Assembly (NCBI GenBank): GCA_964572225.1
Contig: CAZNFR010000001.1
Span: forward strand, 10,710-74,709
Source: an uncultured Bacteroidaceae bacterium
Lineage (GTDB): Bacteria; Bacteroidota; Bacteroidia; Bacteroidales; GCA-2748055
Reading direction: 5' to 3'
Length of the DNA: 64,000 nt
Shown here: positions 27,208-38,637 of the stretch, piece by piece
How the letters are laid out: each line of letters starts with the position of its first letter
How positions within the stretch are numbered: the stretch's first letter is position 1
Notes under the pieces: model-generated
Told to the model about the DNA's origin: nothing
What the model saw: the letters and a program-made list of their open reading frames with translations, nothing else
Database searches by the model: none
Made by a program: the position numbers and the translations under genes

Positions 27208-28245
27208 ATGGATGAAAACACCAAACCTGTCAGTCTGTCTGAGATTGGAGAATTTACTCTCATAGAAAAACTAACCTCAAAAATTAGCCTGCGTCATAAA
27301 TCAACCCTGAGGGGGGTTGGCGATGATGCGGCTGTATTGGCTTCCGGAGCCGACCGGGTAAAGGTGGTCACAACCGACATGTTGACCGAGGGGATACATT
27401 TTGATCTTATGTACACACCCTTAAAGCATTTAGGTTACAAAGCGGTGATCAGCAATGTTAGCGATGTCCTCGCCATGAACGCGGAACCCATGCAGATCAC
27501 GGTATCTCTGGCTGTTTCCTCCAAATTCTCCCTAGAGGCAGTGGAGGAGTTATACGAGGGAATTCATCTGGCATGTGAAACCTACCATGTTGATCTTGTG
27601 GGGGGTGATACGGTTTCCTCCCTTACCGGTCTTACGATCTCGGTTACGGCCATCGGGGAGGTGGAAAAGTCGGAAGTCAGATACCGCAATACAGCCCGCG
27701 AAAATGATCTGATCTGTGTTTCGGGCGATCTTGGGGGAGCTTACCTGGGATTGCAAATATTGGAAAGGGAGAAGCGGCTTTACGAGGAGGATCCCACAGT
27801 TCAGCCCGAGCTGGAGGGTTATGATTACATACTGGAAAGGCAATTGAAGCCGGAAGCGCGGACAGATATTCGTCAACTACTTATAGACAGGGGCATTCAA
27901 ACAACCGCCATGATTGATATTTCGGACGGACTTGCTTCGGATCTGATTCATATCTGCAAACAGTCGGCCATCGGATGTCAGATTTACCATGATCGCATTC
28001 CCATTTCGGAGGACACGGTTAAAGCGGCCAGGGAGATGGAAATAGAGCCTTTGATCTGTGCTCTTCACGGGGGGGAGGATTATGAACTTCTGTTCACGGC
28101 TCCCTTGTCGGAATACGATAAGTTAAAGGATATTCAGGAGATCAGCATCATTGGCAATATGCAGGGGGAAAAGGCGTTGATCATAACCGACGATGGTTCC
28201 GGCGCCGAGTTGGTTGCTCAGGGCTGGGACCCGGAAGCAGAATAA
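27208..28245 (+). CDS. thiL: thiamine-monophosphate kinase
   Basis: AIR-synthase-related fold: GVGDDAAVL, TTDMLTEGIHF, DLVGGDT, DISDGLASDL. Confidence 0.9.
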   Translation: MDENTKPVSLSEIGEFTLIEKLTSKISLRHKSTLRGVGDDAAVLASGADRVKVVTTDMLTEGIHFDLMYTPLKHLGYKAVISNVSDVLAMNAEPMQITVSLAVSSKFSLEAVEELYEGIHLACETYHVDLVGGDTVSSLTGLTISVTAIGEVEKSEVRYRNTARENDLICVSGDLGGAYLGLQILEREKRLYEEDPTVQPELEGYDYILERQLKPEARTDIRQLLIDRGIQTTAMIDISDGLASDLIHICKQSAIGCQIYHDRIPISEDTVKAAREMEIEPLICALHGGEDYELLFTAPLSEYDKLKDIQEISIIGNMQGEKALIITDDGSGAELVAQGWDPEAE

Positions 28246-28250
28246 GAACC

Positions 28251-29042
28251 TTATTGTCCGTTGCCGGTAAGGTATCCACGGATAATTCCCCTTTTGGAAT
28301 TTCTCACAAAAAGAAGAATTTCGTCTCTTTCCTTTGAGGCCGGAAGATTGGTTTCAATAAAATCCAGTGCATCGGAAATATTGAGGTTCCTTTGGTAGAT
28401 AATGCGGTAGATCTCCTGGATTTCGTAAATAATGTCGTTTTCAAAATTCCTTCTTCTGAGTCCCACCGAGTTGATCCCTGTATAGGCAAGGGGTTCGCGT
28501 CCTGCGAGAATAAAGGGAGGAACATCCTTGTTTACTTTACTGCCTCCCTGGATCATAACGTGTGAACCAATTTTTACAAACTGGTGGACCAGGGTTCCGG
28601 GAGAGATGATGGCGAAGGGATCGACTTCCACTTCCCCTGCAAGTCCGGCGTAACTCCCAAGGATGCAGTTATTGCTTATGACACAATCGTGGGCAACATG
28701 GGTATAGGACATAAGAAGACAGTTGCTTCCTATGCTTGTTTTGCCCTTGGCGTTGGTGCCCCGGTTAACGGTGGCATATTCATGGATCTTCACATTGTCA
28801 CCGATCTCCACCAGGGAATATTCTCCCTGGAATTTCAGATCCTGGGGTTCACCGGCGATTACTGCCCCGGGGTAGATTTTACAGTTTTTACCGATGCGGG
28901 CACCGTTCTTTATGACCACATTGGGTCCGATCTCGGTGCCATCTCCTATTTCGACGTCCTGTTGAATTGTGACGAAAGAATCAATTTTAACATCGTTCCC
29001 GATCTTTGCATCAGGGTGGATGTTAGTTTGCGGGTATTTCAT
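28251..29042 (-). CDS. lpxA: acyl-ACP--UDP-N-acetylglucosamine O-acyltransferase
   Basis: 263 aa. Hexapeptide-repeat left-handed helix, then an LpxA C-terminal helical region. Lies in the lpx cluster. Confidence 0.93.
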   Translation of the reverse strand: MKYPQTNIHPDAKIGNDVKIDSFVTIQQDVEIGDGTEIGPNVVIKNGARIGKNCKIYPGAVIAGEPQDLKFQGEYSLVEIGDNVKIHEYATVNRGTNAKGKTSIGSNCLLMSYTHVAHDCVISNNCILGSYAGLAGEVEVDPFAIISPGTLVHQFVKIGSHVMIQGGSKVNKDVPPFILAGREPLAYTGINSVGLRRRNFENDIIYEIQEIYRIIYQRNLNISDALDFIETNLPASKERDEILLFVRNSKRGIIRGYLTGNGQ

Positions 29043-29052
29043 AGTGGGTATC

Positions 29053-30450
29053 TTAACCTTTTACTTTAACGATTTGTGCCATTAATTCTCCTTCGATAAC
29101 CATATTATCCCCCACATAACCTTCGCCGTACATAAGTGCAATTCCTCTGCGAATGGGTTCCAGCAGGGTCATTTTAATGATCAGAGTATCACCGGGTACC
29201 ACTTTGCGTTTAAATCTTACTTTATCCACTTTCAGAAAATAGGTAAGATAATTTTCAGGATCCTCCACCGTATTCAGAACCAGGATTCCGCCAACCTGGG
29301 CCATGACTTCGATCTGAAGCACGCCCGGCATTACGGGTTCTCCGGGGAAGTGTCCCTGAAAGAAATTCTCGTTCATGCTTACATTCTTGATCCCGATCAC
29401 TTCTTTAGCGGATCTTTTGATGATTTTGTCGACCAGGAGGAAAGGATAACGGTGTGGCAGGGTTTCGGTTATCCTCACAATATCGTCGACCGGCTCTGTG
29501 TTGGGGTCATAAACGGGAATGTCTTTTCTGGCTTTTTGTTTTTTAGCCATCTGCCTCAGGATCCTGGCAAATTCCGTATTTGCGTGGTGTCCGGGTCTTT
29601 GGGCGATGATCTTCCCTTTGAAGGGCATTCCGATAAGTGCCAGATCACCGATCATATCGAGTAATTTATGGCGGGCGGGTTCATTGGGAAAGTGAAGGTC
29701 AATATTATTCAATACTCCTTCGGGTTTGACCTTGATTTTGGGTTTATTGAATAGTTCTGCCAGCCGGTCCAGTTCATCCTGTCCTACCTGTCGGTCCATA
29801 ATAACAATCGCATTATCGAGGTCTCCTCCTTTGATCAGGTTATTAGCAGCCAGAAATTCCAGCTCGTGAAGGAAAACAAAAGTCCGGCAGGGTGCAATCT
29901 CTTCGGGGAATTTATCCATATCATCCAGGGTTGCGTACTGGTTTCCGAGGACTTTGGAGTTGTAGTCGATCAGGATATTCATGCTCAGGTCCTCATCGGG
30001 GTAGGCGATAATATGGATCCCTTTTTCTTCGTCGTAATATTCCACCTTTTCACTGGGGGTAAAATATACCTTTTCTGCTTCCTGCTCCACGATCCCGGCT
30101 TTCAGGATGGCTTTGGTGTATTCAATAGAGCTGCCGTCCAGGATAGGCGCTTCCGGTCCGGTGGCTTCAATAAGTACATTGTCCAGTCCCAGTCCTGCGC
30201 AGGCAGCCAGGCAATGCTCAATGGTAGAGATTCTGGCCCCGTTTTCCTCCAGGGTTGTCCCTCTGGATGTGTCGGTTACGTTTTCGGCTATGGCTCTGAT
30301 GGTGGGCTTTTCGGGAAGGTCAGTACGCTGGAAGAGAAATCCGTGATTTACCCCGGCAGGTTTTAACTTAAACTCGACCATTAAACCTGTGTGAAGTCCC
30401 TTACCCTTCAGGCTTACTTCCTTTTTTAAGGTTTTTTGTTTTTGTGACAT
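29053..30450 (-). CDS. lpxC/fabZ: bifunctional UDP-3-O-acyl-GlcNAc deacetylase / 3-hydroxyacyl-ACP dehydratase
   Basis: N-terminal LpxC (GKGLHTGL, TIEHCLAA, HHANTEF) fused to C-terminal FabZ (LPHRYPFLLVDKI, GHFPGEPVMPGVL). Confidence 0.93.
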   Translation of the reverse strand: MSQKQKTLKKEVSLKGKGLHTGLMVEFKLKPAGVNHGFLFQRTDLPEKPTIRAIAENVTDTSRGTTLEENGARISTIEHCLAACAGLGLDNVLIEATGPEAPILDGSSIEYTKAILKAGIVEQEAEKVYFTPSEKVEYYDEEKGIHIIAYPDEDLSMNILIDYNSKVLGNQYATLDDMDKFPEEIAPCRTFVFLHELEFLAANNLIKGGDLDNAIVIMDRQVGQDELDRLAELFNKPKIKVKPEGVLNNIDLHFPNEPARHKLLDMIGDLALIGMPFKGKIIAQRPGHHANTEFARILRQMAKKQKARKDIPVYDPNTEPVDDIVRITETLPHRYPFLLVDKIIKRSAKEVIGIKNVSMNENFFQGHFPGEPVMPGVLQIEVMAQVGGILVLNTVEDPENYLTYFLKVDKVRFKRKVVPGDTLIIKMTLLEPIRRGIALMYGEGYVGDNMVIEGELMAQIVKVKG

Positions 30451-30572
30451 AGTTTACGAAAAAGATCAGAATAAAATCGCGGCAATATACAAAAAATCAA
30501 CTAACCGATTGCTTCAGATTATTTAATTCGAATTGAATTCCTTGCTGAATAATGCTTTCGGAATATCCTTAT

Positions 30573-31625
30573 TTATTCGTTCGAAGGCTTATCCTCAATT
30601 TTTAACTTATTTATTTCTTTTTCCAGTTCGTATATCTTTCGGTATAGTTCGGGAAGTTTGGTAAAGATGCTATAGGCTTTAAAGTACTCGCGGGCTTTCA
30701 TGGTGGGAGAGCCCTGTAGCATCTCACCGTCTTCCACATCCTTAATCACACCCGATTGTCCGCCGATCTTCACATTGTCTCCGATTTTCAGGTGGCCGAT
30801 TATTCCGACCTGGGCTGCCAGCATGTTATTTTTTCCCACTTTGGTTGAACCTGCAATCCCGGCCTGGGCTGCCATTACCGTATTCTCGCCGACTTCCACA
30901 TTATGGGCGATCTGGATGAGGTTATCCAGTTTTACGCCCTTTCGGATTATGGTGGATCCCATGGTAGCCCGGTCAACCGTTGTATTTGCCCCGATTTCCA
31001 CATTATCTTCGAGCACCACATTTCCGATCTGGGGAATTTTTTTGTATTCGTTGTTTTCGCCCGGGGCAAATCCAAACCCATCGGCACCGATCACTGCCCC
31101 TGAGTGGATCACGCAATTTTTTCCGATCTTGCAGCCTTCATAGATCTTCACTCCCGCATAGATCAGGGTACCTTCTCCTATGCTAACATTGTTACCGATG
31201 TACACCTGGGGATAAAGTTTTACATGGTCTCCAATAACGGCATTTTCGGAAACCACGGTAAACTCACCTATGTAGATATTCTCACCCAGGCGTGCAGATT
31301 CATGTAAGCTCACATTGGCCGAGGTTCCACTTTTGGAGGGTTTGGACTGCTGGTACATATCCAGCAGGCTGGCAAAGGCTTGGTAGGCATTTTCCACCCG
31401 GATTAGGGTAGGTTTAATCTCTTTTTCCGGTTTAAAGTCTTTATTGACCAGTACAATGGAGGCTTCCGTTTCATAGATGAATTTTTCGTATTTTGGGTTG
31501 GCAAGGAAAGCCAGGGTCCCCGGTTTTCCATCTTCGATCCCGGAAACATTGTTCACTTCGGTTTCCGGATCTCCATCCACTGTTCCTTTAAGAAATTCGG
31601 CTATGGTATGGGCTTTGAAGTTCAT
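30573..31625 (-). CDS. lpxD: UDP-3-O-(3-hydroxyacyl)glucosamine N-acyltransferase
   Basis: 350 aa. LpxD N-terminal domain followed by a long hexapeptide-repeat region and a C-terminal coiled coil. Confidence 0.92.
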   Translation of the reverse strand: MNFKAHTIAEFLKGTVDGDPETEVNNVSGIEDGKPGTLAFLANPKYEKFIYETEASIVLVNKDFKPEKEIKPTLIRVENAYQAFASLLDMYQQSKPSKSGTSANVSLHESARLGENIYIGEFTVVSENAVIGDHVKLYPQVYIGNNVSIGEGTLIYAGVKIYEGCKIGKNCVIHSGAVIGADGFGFAPGENNEYKKIPQIGNVVLEDNVEIGANTTVDRATMGSTIIRKGVKLDNLIQIAHNVEVGENTVMAAQAGIAGSTKVGKNNMLAAQVGIIGHLKIGDNVKIGGQSGVIKDVEDGEMLQGSPTMKAREYFKAYSIFTKLPELYRKIYELEKEINKLKIEDKPSNE

Positions 31626-31697
31626 GGTATGGTTTTATTTTTGATTGAAAGGGTCTGGAAAACCCCCGACAAAGCTAATTATTTATTGCAAATCGCT

Positions 31698-32942
31698 TTA
31701 CAAATCTTTTGGATAGCATAAAAAATGTTTCTTAACCCGGGAGGATATGTTCATGAAGTTCATCAGGTCCGTAGCCTGCTCAAGATCAAGGATCTCCCCG
31801 GATTTTTGAAGGATTTTTATTTTGTCGTCCCAATCGTCGTAGGCCTGGTTGTATATTTCCCCGTGATTGAGAAAAAATGAGGCTTCTTCCGGGGTCATCG
31901 AATATTTATTCATGATTTGTTCGAGTTTTGACCGAACTTTTCCCTCATCAAAGGGGGTGGTTGCTATCTCTACCCGAAAAAGTTTCCGGTTCAGAAGGTT
32001 TGAGCATAATCTGGAGAGCACCCTGTCTTTATGTTCCGACCATACTTTTGCAGCGGAGAGGATGTCGTTATCATCCAGACTGGCAAACCGGCCGAGCATC
32101 CTGCCCTTTTCTGCGGTATTAAAAATGGCGGGTTCACCCTGGTTTTGAAGGAAAAAGATTAGGGCAGGTGTGCCAAAAAGCTTTTCGCCTTCCAGGCTTA
32201 GTTGTCTGGCTCTGCGAAGGATCTTGATCAGCAGGTTTTCCACGGAAATTACGGTTTTATGGTAGTAGACCTGCCAATACATCAGTCTTCGCGCAATAAG
32301 GAACTTTTCAATGGAGTAGATCCCTTTTTTATCTACCACCAACTGATCATTTCTCACATTCAGCATTTTTATGATCCGGTCGGAACCTATCACCCCTTCG
32401 GTAACCCCGGTAAAAAAACTGTCCCTTTTCAGGTAGTCAAGCCTGTCAACATCCAGTTGTCCGCTTATCAACTGATGTAAAAATGTTTTGGAGTATTCCC
32501 CCCTGAAGATCTCCAGGCAGAGGGAAAGCCTGCCCTCAAATTCCACATTCAGTTCCTCCATAAACAGCATGGATAGTTCTTCATGGGAATTACCCTCAAT
32601 AATGCTGTTCTCAAGGGAGTGGGAGAAGGGGCCGTGACCAATATCATGAAGCAGGATTGCCGTGATGGCAGCTTCCGACTCTTCCGGGGTAATTTCATGC
32701 CCCTTGGAGCGAATAACTTCAATTGCCTGGGTCATCAGGTATCCTGCACCCAGAGCATGCTGGAAACGGGTATGGTTGGCCCCCGGATATACGAAGCTGG
32801 TGAGTCCCAGTTGCCTTATTCTTCTTAAGCGCTGGAACCAGGGATGCTCTATGATCGCAAAATGAAGGTCTGACGGGAAGCTGATAAATCCGTAGACCGG
32901 ATCGTTAATGATTTTGCCTCTGTTCCTTTGTAATGAATCCAA
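31698..32942 (-). CDS. HD-domain phosphohydrolase (SAMHD1/dGTPase-like superfamily)
   Basis: FQRLRRIRQLG, HTRFQHALG, LLHDIGHGPFSH, DVDRLDYLKRD. Confidence 0.85.
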   Translation of the reverse strand: MDSLQRNRGKIINDPVYGFISFPSDLHFAIIEHPWFQRLRRIRQLGLTSFVYPGANHTRFQHALGAGYLMTQAIEVIRSKGHEITPEESEAAITAILLHDIGHGPFSHSLENSIIEGNSHEELSMLFMEELNVEFEGRLSLCLEIFRGEYSKTFLHQLISGQLDVDRLDYLKRDSFFTGVTEGVIGSDRIIKMLNVRNDQLVVDKKGIYSIEKFLIARRLMYWQVYYHKTVISVENLLIKILRRARQLSLEGEKLFGTPALIFFLQNQGEPAIFNTAEKGRMLGRFASLDDNDILSAAKVWSEHKDRVLSRLCSNLLNRKLFRVEIATTPFDEGKVRSKLEQIMNKYSMTPEEASFFLNHGEIYNQAYDDWDDKIKILQKSGEILDLEQATDLMNFMNISSRVKKHFLCYPKDL

Positions 32943-33007
32943 ACAAAATAATTTAGTAAGTCAAATATAGTCCGATTAGGATAATTATCAAAAATAATCC
33001 CGGATAT

Positions 33008-33048
33008 AAAAAAAGCCTCATCCGGAGCAGGCCGTCCGGAGAGGCTTT
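33008..33048 (-). terminator. intrinsic terminator after the lipoprotein gene
   Basis: AAAGCCTC / GAGGCTTT outer stem with an inner TCCGGA...TCCGGA stem. On the minus strand it is followed by T7 (A-run 33008-33014 on plus). Confidence 0.6.
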
Positions 33049-33068
33049 AGTTTCAAGATCATAAAATT

Positions 33069-33632
33069 TTATTTACCCCAGCCTGAAAGAGGAATGGAAT
33101 TAAAGGCACCTCCGGTCACGGATATGGTTTCCGGAAGGTCCGGATCGGTCGAGCTTACGTAAAAAGTACCCGAAAAAGTACCTGAGATGGAGTTGGATGA
33201 GATTTTCACAATATCGATGGACCCTTCACCGGTAACCCCTACATAGCTGGTATACTGATCATTGCGGTAATCGGCCATGGAGATCGATGCCCAGGAAGTT
33301 CCTTCCTCATCTACAGTGAACTGATATTCTTTCTCCTGAAGATCGTTTGCATCATAAACAGAGATTACCAGTGCATTTTCGCCCTGAGCCGATTTTTTCC
33401 CGTAACTGCCGGTGATGGTCAGACTCTGACCCGGGGTCCCGAAAAGCGAAAAATCCAGAATAACCGCTGCTGCATCGGTCATGGTAAAGGTATCGTCACC
33501 GAGTTTGAATACTACCTGTCCGGGATTAGCGTCGCCTACCTTGCCGTCGCCATCGCCGTTATCATCTTTTTTACACTGGGTGAATCCCACCAGGATCAGG
33601 GCCAGGAAGAGAAGTTTACTTATTAATTTCAT
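33069..33632 (-). CDS. hypothetical lipoprotein
   Basis: Start taken at MKLISKLLFLALILVGFTQC (lipobox) rather than the ORF-track start at 33740. No family recognised. Confidence 0.55.
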   Translation of the reverse strand: MKLISKLLFLALILVGFTQCKKDDNGDGDGKVGDANPGQVVFKLGDDTFTMTDAAAVILDFSLFGTPGQSLTITGSYGKKSAQGENALVISVYDANDLQEKEYQFTVDEEGTSWASISMADYRNDQYTSYVGVTGEGSIDIVKISSNSISGTFSGTFYVSSTDPDLPETISVTGGAFNSIPLSGWGK

Positions 33633-33783
33633 GGTTTTAAAGTTTGGGTTAGAACGAAACGAAAAGTACAAAGCACAAACGATATTAACAAAAATATCTG
33701 CATCCTGGTTCACTATTTCTTTCACTAATTTTACAGCCATAGCTATTTTGAGTTTAAAATTTTGGATATTAAATGATTATTCG

Positions 33784-33791
33784 TATTTTTG
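33784..33791 (+). promoter_or_regulatory. -7-type box TATTTTTG upstream of rimP-nusA-infB
   Basis: Exact TAnnTTTG match 62 nt upstream of the rimP ATG at 33854. Confidence 0.3.
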
Positions 33792-33853
33792 CGGCTCAAA
33801 GCCGATACAAAAGTGTAGGGGACAAAAGTCCCCTATTTTATTGGAGGTCAATT

Positions 33854-34321
33854 ATGCCGGACAGGGAAAGACTTATAACTTTTGTGGAAGAAAAGGTGGC
33901 CCTTAAGGGGGGTTTCCTGGTCGATATACATATGAGTCAGTCAAACCATATTCAGGTGTTTGTAGATCACCCGGAGGGCTTCAGCATCGATGATTCTGTG
34001 GCTCTGAGCAGGGAGATCACCGCCGAATTTGACCGGGATAAGGAGGATTATGATCTGGAGGTTTCCTCCCCGGGTCTTTCGCAGCCGCTTAAGGTTTTGC
34101 CACAGTATCACAAAAATCTGGGGCGGCAGGTGGAGGTGTTGATGACAGACGGGACCAGGATAAAGGGGACCCTGTTATCGGTTTTGGAAGATAAGATTGT
34201 AGTGGAGACCAGGGAGAAGAAGAAGCTGGAGAACAAGAAAGGAAAGAAGATGGTAATAGAGCAGTCTGAGCTTCCCTTCTCCGGAATTAAATCGACCAAA
34301 GTTGTAGTTTCATTTAAATAA
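33854..34321 (+). CDS. rimP: ribosome maturation factor RimP
   Basis: Start at MPDRERLITFVEE gives 155 aa. LEVSSPG motif. Immediately precedes nusA. Confidence 0.85.
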   Translation: MPDRERLITFVEEKVALKGGFLVDIHMSQSNHIQVFVDHPEGFSIDDSVALSREITAEFDRDKEDYDLEVSSPGLSQPLKVLPQYHKNLGRQVEVLMTDGTRIKGTLLSVLEDKIVVETREKKKLENKKGKKMVIEQSELPFSGIKSTKVVVSFK

Positions 34322-34337
34322 CAACATTTTAAACGCA

Positions 34338-35576
34338 ATGGATAATGTGAATTTAACCGACACTTTTTCAGAATTTAAGGAACTGAAAAATATTGACCGG
34401 GTAACCATGATGAGTGTGCTTGAGGACGTATTTCGTTCCATGCTCATTCGAAAATACGGTACCGATGAGAATTTCGACATCATTATCAACATTGATAAGG
34501 GTGACTTTGAGATTTGGCATAACCGGGAAGTTGTGGAAGATGGTGAGGTTGAGGATCCCAACGTTCAGATTTCGCTTACGGAAGCCAAAAAAATTGACGA
34601 GGATTATGAGGTAGGGGAGGAAGTGACCGACGAAGTGAAGCTTCTAAGTTTTGGGCGAAGAGCCATTCTGGCTCTCCGTCAGAATCTGACGGCCCGTATA
34701 CTTGAACTGGAGAAGAATAACCTTTATGCAAAATACAAGGACAGGATAGGAGAAATTGTGACCGGCGAGGTTTATCAGGTCTGGAAGCGGGAGATCCTGG
34801 TTCTGGATGATGAGGGAAATGAGCTTATCCTTCCCAAATCCGAGCAAATTCCTTCAGACTATTTCCGTAAGGGGGATACCATAAGGGCGGTAGTGATTCG
34901 TGTGGATATGAGGAACAACAATCCTCTGATCATTCTCTCGAGGACCTCCCCTGTATTCCTGGAGCGTTTGTTTGAGTTGGAGGTTCCGGAGATCTTCGAC
35001 GGATTGATCACCATTAAGAACATTGTAAGGGTTCCGGGTGAAAGGGCCAAGGTAGCGGTGGAGTCTTACGATGAAAGGATAGATCCGGTAGGTGCCTGTG
35101 TGGGTATGAAAGGATCCCGGATCCATGGGATTGTGAGGGAGTTGAAGAATGAAAATATCGATGTGATCAATTTCACCAACAATGTTCAGCTTTACATAAC
35201 CCGGTCGCTGAGCCCGGCCAAGATCAGCAACATAAAAATTACCGAAGGGGACAAGCGGGCCGAAGTTTTCCTGGAGCCCAAGGAGGTGTCGCTTGCTATT
35301 GGAAAAGGCGGATTAAACATCCGGCTTGCTAGTCAGCTTACCGGATACGATATTGATGTATACCGTGAGACCGGAGACGAGGATGATGAAGATGTGAATC
35401 TGGAGGAATTCTCCGATGAGATTGACGGATGGATCATCGATGAGCTGAAGGCCATTGGATGCGACACGGCAAAATCGGTTCTGGACCTTGATGCAGCTGA
35501 CCTGGTTAAGAGGACGGACCTTGAGGAAGAGACCGTAAAAGAAGTTTTGAAAATTTTACGAGCAGAATTTGAATAA
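34338..35576 (+). CDS. nusA: transcription termination/antitermination factor NusA
   Basis: S1 domain and two KH domains (VGACVGMKGSRI, AIGKGGLNIRLAS). Confidence 0.95.
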   Translation: MDNVNLTDTFSEFKELKNIDRVTMMSVLEDVFRSMLIRKYGTDENFDIIINIDKGDFEIWHNREVVEDGEVEDPNVQISLTEAKKIDEDYEVGEEVTDEVKLLSFGRRAILALRQNLTARILELEKNNLYAKYKDRIGEIVTGEVYQVWKREILVLDDEGNELILPKSEQIPSDYFRKGDTIRAVVIRVDMRNNNPLIILSRTSPVFLERLFELEVPEIFDGLITIKNIVRVPGERAKVAVESYDERIDPVGACVGMKGSRIHGIVRELKNENIDVINFTNNVQLYITRSLSPAKISNIKITEGDKRAEVFLEPKEVSLAIGKGGLNIRLASQLTGYDIDVYRETGDEDDEDVNLEEFSDEIDGWIIDELKAIGCDTAKSVLDLDAADLVKRTDLEEETVKEVLKILRAEFE

Positions 35577-35632
35577 AATCTTTGATAAGTTTTAATTTAG
35601 CGGATCTGCAAAAAGAACAGGTATAATATTGT

Positions 35633-38548
35633 ATGGCAGAAATCAAAGCAATCAGACTAAGCAAACTTGCCCGGGAGTTCAACGTTGGAATATCAACCAT
35701 TGTTGAATTTCTTCATAAGAAAGGTCATGACATTGATTCGAATCCGAATACCAAGGTCACATCCGACCTTTATGACCTGCTTGTGAAGGAGTATAGTTCC
35801 GACCTGGACGAAAAGAAGAAATCCGAGAAGTTCAGCATGAAGAACCTCAGGGAGAAGAAGGAAAGCATTACCCTGGATGATGTTCAGACGGAAGCCGAAC
35901 CGGAGGAGGAGCAGGAATTGCTTGTAAAGGATACGTCTGCCGGGAAAACTCCCAAGGAAGACACGGTTAAAAAGGAAGAAAAGCCTGTTGAGGAAAAGCC
36001 TGCAGAAGAGGAAAAGCCATCGCGGGGACCTAAAGTTTTGGGTAAGGTTGATCTGGATCAGCTTTCAGGAAAGAGGAAGCCTGCTCCGAAGAAAGAGGAG
36101 GAAAAAAAGGAACCCTTAAAGGAGGAGCCTGCCAGCGAACCGGTTGTCGAAGAAAAAGAGGAGAAAAAAACTACCGGACCCAAAGTGGTGGGTAAGATAG
36201 ACCTGGAGAAGGACAAAAAGAAGGCTCCCAGGCCGGCAGAGCAGGAAAAGAAAAAGGAAGAAGAGCCCAAAAAAGAGGAATCCAAACCCCCTGCCGGGGA
36301 ACCGGCTTCTGAAAAGCCTGTGGCTGAGGAGCCCGTGAAAGAAGAGCCCGCGAAAGAAGAGCCGAAAAAAGAGGAGAAAAAGAAGGAGGAGGATAATCTT
36401 ATCCCGACTCGTTTCGAGAAATTATCCGGTCCCACGGTGGTTGGAAAAATTGATCTTCCGGAGAAGAGGGAGCCTCAGAAGAAACCTGTTGCGACTTCCA
36501 AGGACCCCATGGGGGATCAGAGTAAGAAAAAAAGAAAGCGAATCCGTAAGGATCCGGGAAGAGTCAGACTTGAAAACAAGGATGACGACAGGTCCGGTCA
36601 GAAGAAGGGGGGTAAAAAGAAGAAAAAACTTCACCGTCCCGAAGTTAATGAGGAGGATGTACAAAAGCAGATCAAGGACACTCTGGCGAAGCTGACATCA
36701 AAAGGCTCCAAATCCAAGGGTTCAAAATACAGAAGGGAGAAAAGGGATACGGTTCACCAGAAATTGCAGGCTGAGCTACAGGCCCAGGAGGAGGAAAAGA
36801 ATGTATTGAAGGTTACCGAGTTTGTGTCGGTGAGTGAGCTTTCCAGTATGATGAACGTTCCGGTGAACCAGGTGATCCAAACCTGTATGAACCTGGGACT
36901 TTTCGTTTCGATAAATCAGAGACTGGATGCAGAAACCCTGGTACTGGTGGCCGATGAGTTTGGATACAAGGTTGAATTTATTAGTGCCGATCTTCAGGAC
37001 TCGGTAGTAGAGGCGGAGGATGATCCCGAAAAGCTGACCCCAAGATTTCCTATTGTCACGGTTATGGGACATGTTGACCATGGAAAGACCAAGCTTCTCG
37101 ACTATATCCGGAACGCCAATGTTATTGCCGGTGAAGCCGGGGGTATAACCCAGCATATCGGCGCCTATTCGGTTGAACTGGATGACGGGAGGAAGATCAC
37201 TTTCCTGGATACACCCGGTCATGAGGCATTTACCGCCATGCGGGCCAGGGGTGCTCAGATCACCGACGTGGCAATTATCGTGGTAGCCGCCGACGACGGG
37301 GTGATGCCGCAAACCGTGGAAGCCATCAACCACGCTTCTGCAGCGGGGGTACCCATTGTTTTTGCCGTTAATAAGATAGATAAGCCCACTGCGAATCCCG
37401 ACAAGATTAAGGAGGAGCTTGCCAATATGAATTACCTGGTGGAAGACTGGGGAGGTAAGTACCAATCCCAGGATATATCTGCCAAGAACGGGGTTGCCAT
37501 AGAGGATCTTCTGGAGAAGGTGCTTCTCGAGGCGGAATTGCTGGAGCTGAAAGCCGATGCTACGCGTCCTGCTACTGGCGTGGTAATTGAATCATCTCTC
37601 GACCGCGGGCGGGGATACATGGCCACCATTCTGGTACAGACCGGAACTCTGCGGGCAGGGGATATCGTCCTGGCCGGCAGTCATTATGGGCACGTGAAGG
37701 CTATGTATAATGAGAGAGGCTCAAGGATAGAGGAGGCAGGGCCTTCCACTCCGGTGCTGATACTCGGGCTCGATGGGGCACCTCAGGCGGGTGATCGTTT
37801 CAAGGTAATGGAAACCGACCGTGAGGCCAAGGAACAAGCCGTAAGACGTGAGCAGCTTCAACGCGAACAGGAATTACGTACACAAAAACACATTACCCTG
37901 GATGAGATTGGCCGAAGGATTGCCATTGGAAACTTCAAGGAACTGAATCTTATCGTGAAAGGGGATGTGGATGGATCGGTTGAGGCACTGAGCGACAGTT
38001 TGCTGAAACTTTCCACCGAAGAGATCCAGGTGAACATCAAACATAAGGCGGTAGGACAGATCTCCGAATCGGATATCCTCCTGGCTGCTGCTTCCAATGC
38101 CATTGTCATTGGTTTCCAGGTGAGGCCATCGCTGAGTGCAAGGAAACTGGCAGAGCAGGAGCAGATCGATATCCGGCTTTATTCCATTATTTACGACGCC
38201 ATCGAAGAGATCAAGGCCGCCATGGAAGGAATGTTGTCGCCCGAAATTCGGGAACAGGTTGTGGCCACTCTGGAGGTGCTGGATGTATTCAAGATCACCA
38301 AAGTGGGTAGCATCGCAGGCTGTATCGTCAAGGAAGGAAAAATAAACCGGAACTCAAAGGTGAGGGTGATCCGGGACGGGATTGTGGTTTACAGTGGTGA
38401 ACTGGGTTCGTTGAAACGTTTCAAGGACGATGCGAAGGAGGTGGTAAGCGGACTCGAATGCGGATTGAATATTGAGAATTTCAATGATATAAAGGTAGAC
38501 GATGTAATCGAAGCGTATACCGAAGTAGAGGTTAAGAAAACCCTTTAG
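35633..38548 (+). CDS. infB: translation initiation factor IF-2
   Basis: GTPase motifs [13 protein letters not shown] and NKID. Long K/E/P-rich N-terminal linker. Confidence 0.95.
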   Translation: MAEIKAIRLSKLAREFNVGISTIVEFLHKKGHDIDSNPNTKVTSDLYDLLVKEYSSDLDEKKKSEKFSMKNLREKKESITLDDVQTEAEPEEEQELLVKDTSAGKTPKEDTVKKEEKPVEEKPAEEEKPSRGPKVLGKVDLDQLSGKRKPAPKKEEEKKEPLKEEPASEPVVEEKEEKKTTGPKVVGKIDLEKDKKKAPRPAEQEKKKEEEPKKEESKPPAGEPASEKPVAEEPVKEEPAKEEPKKEEKKKEEDNLIPTRFEKLSGPTVVGKIDLPEKREPQKKPVATSKDPMGDQSKKKRKRIRKDPGRVRLENKDDDRSGQKKGGKKKKKLHRPEVNEEDVQKQIKDTLAKLTSKGSKSKGSKYRREKRDTVHQKLQAELQAQEEEKNVLKVTEFVSVSELSSMMNVPVNQVIQTCMNLGLFVSINQRLDAETLVLVADEFGYKVEFISADLQDSVVEAEDDPEKLTPRFPIVTVMGHVDHGKTKLLDYIRNANVIAGEAGGITQHIGAYSVELDDGRKITFLDTPGHEAFTAMRARGAQITDVAIIVVAADDGVMPQTVEAINHASAAGVPIVFAVNKIDKPTANPDKIKEELANMNYLVEDWGGKYQSQDISAKNGVAIEDLLEKVLLEAELLELKADATRPATGVVIESSLDRGRGYMATILVQTGTLRAGDIVLAGSHYGHVKAMYNERGSRIEEAGPSTPVLILGLDGAPQAGDRFKVMETDREAKEQAVRREQLQREQELRTQKHITLDEIGRRIAIGNFKELNLIVKGDVDGSVEALSDSLLKLSTEEIQVNIKHKAVGQISESDILLAAASNAIVIGFQVRPSLSARKLAEQEQIDIRLYSIIYDAIEEIKAAMEGMLSPEIREQVVATLEVLDVFKITKVGSIAGCIVKEGKINRNSKVRVIRDGIVVYSGELGSLKRFKDDAKEVVSGLECGLNIENFNDIKVDDVIEAYTEVEVKKTL

Positions 38549-38590
38549 GACAGAGCTTACCCGAAAATAATCAGAAGAGAAAAGTAAATT

Positions 38591-38635
38591 CCCGGAGACC
38601 CTTCAGCCTTGAAGAGATTTCCGGGGATTTTTTTT
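38591..38635 (+). terminator. intrinsic terminator after infB (possibly shared with convergent gcvH)
   Basis: Imperfect long hairpin CCCGGAGACCCTTCA-gcct-TGAAGAGATTTCCGGGG followed by T8 (38628-38635). Confidence 0.6.
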
Positions 38636-38637
38636 GA

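Noticed and set aside
31698-32942. HD-domain SAMHD1/dGTPase-like protein considered as a possible dNTP-depleting anti-phage defence gene.
   Set aside because: It sits directly upstream of lpxD, lpxC/fabZ and lpxA in the same orientation. I recall this arrangement as conserved housekeeping synteny in Bacteroidota. No defence-island neighbours are present (no nucleases, methylases or mobile genes).
33633-33853. ORF-track N-terminal extensions of the lipoprotein (to 33740) and of RimP (from 33773), which would overlap head to head.
   Set aside because: The internal starts give a canonical lipoprotein signal (MKLISKLLFLALILVGFTQC) and a normal-length 155-aa RimP. The extensions have non-protein-like composition and would cover the shared promoter region.
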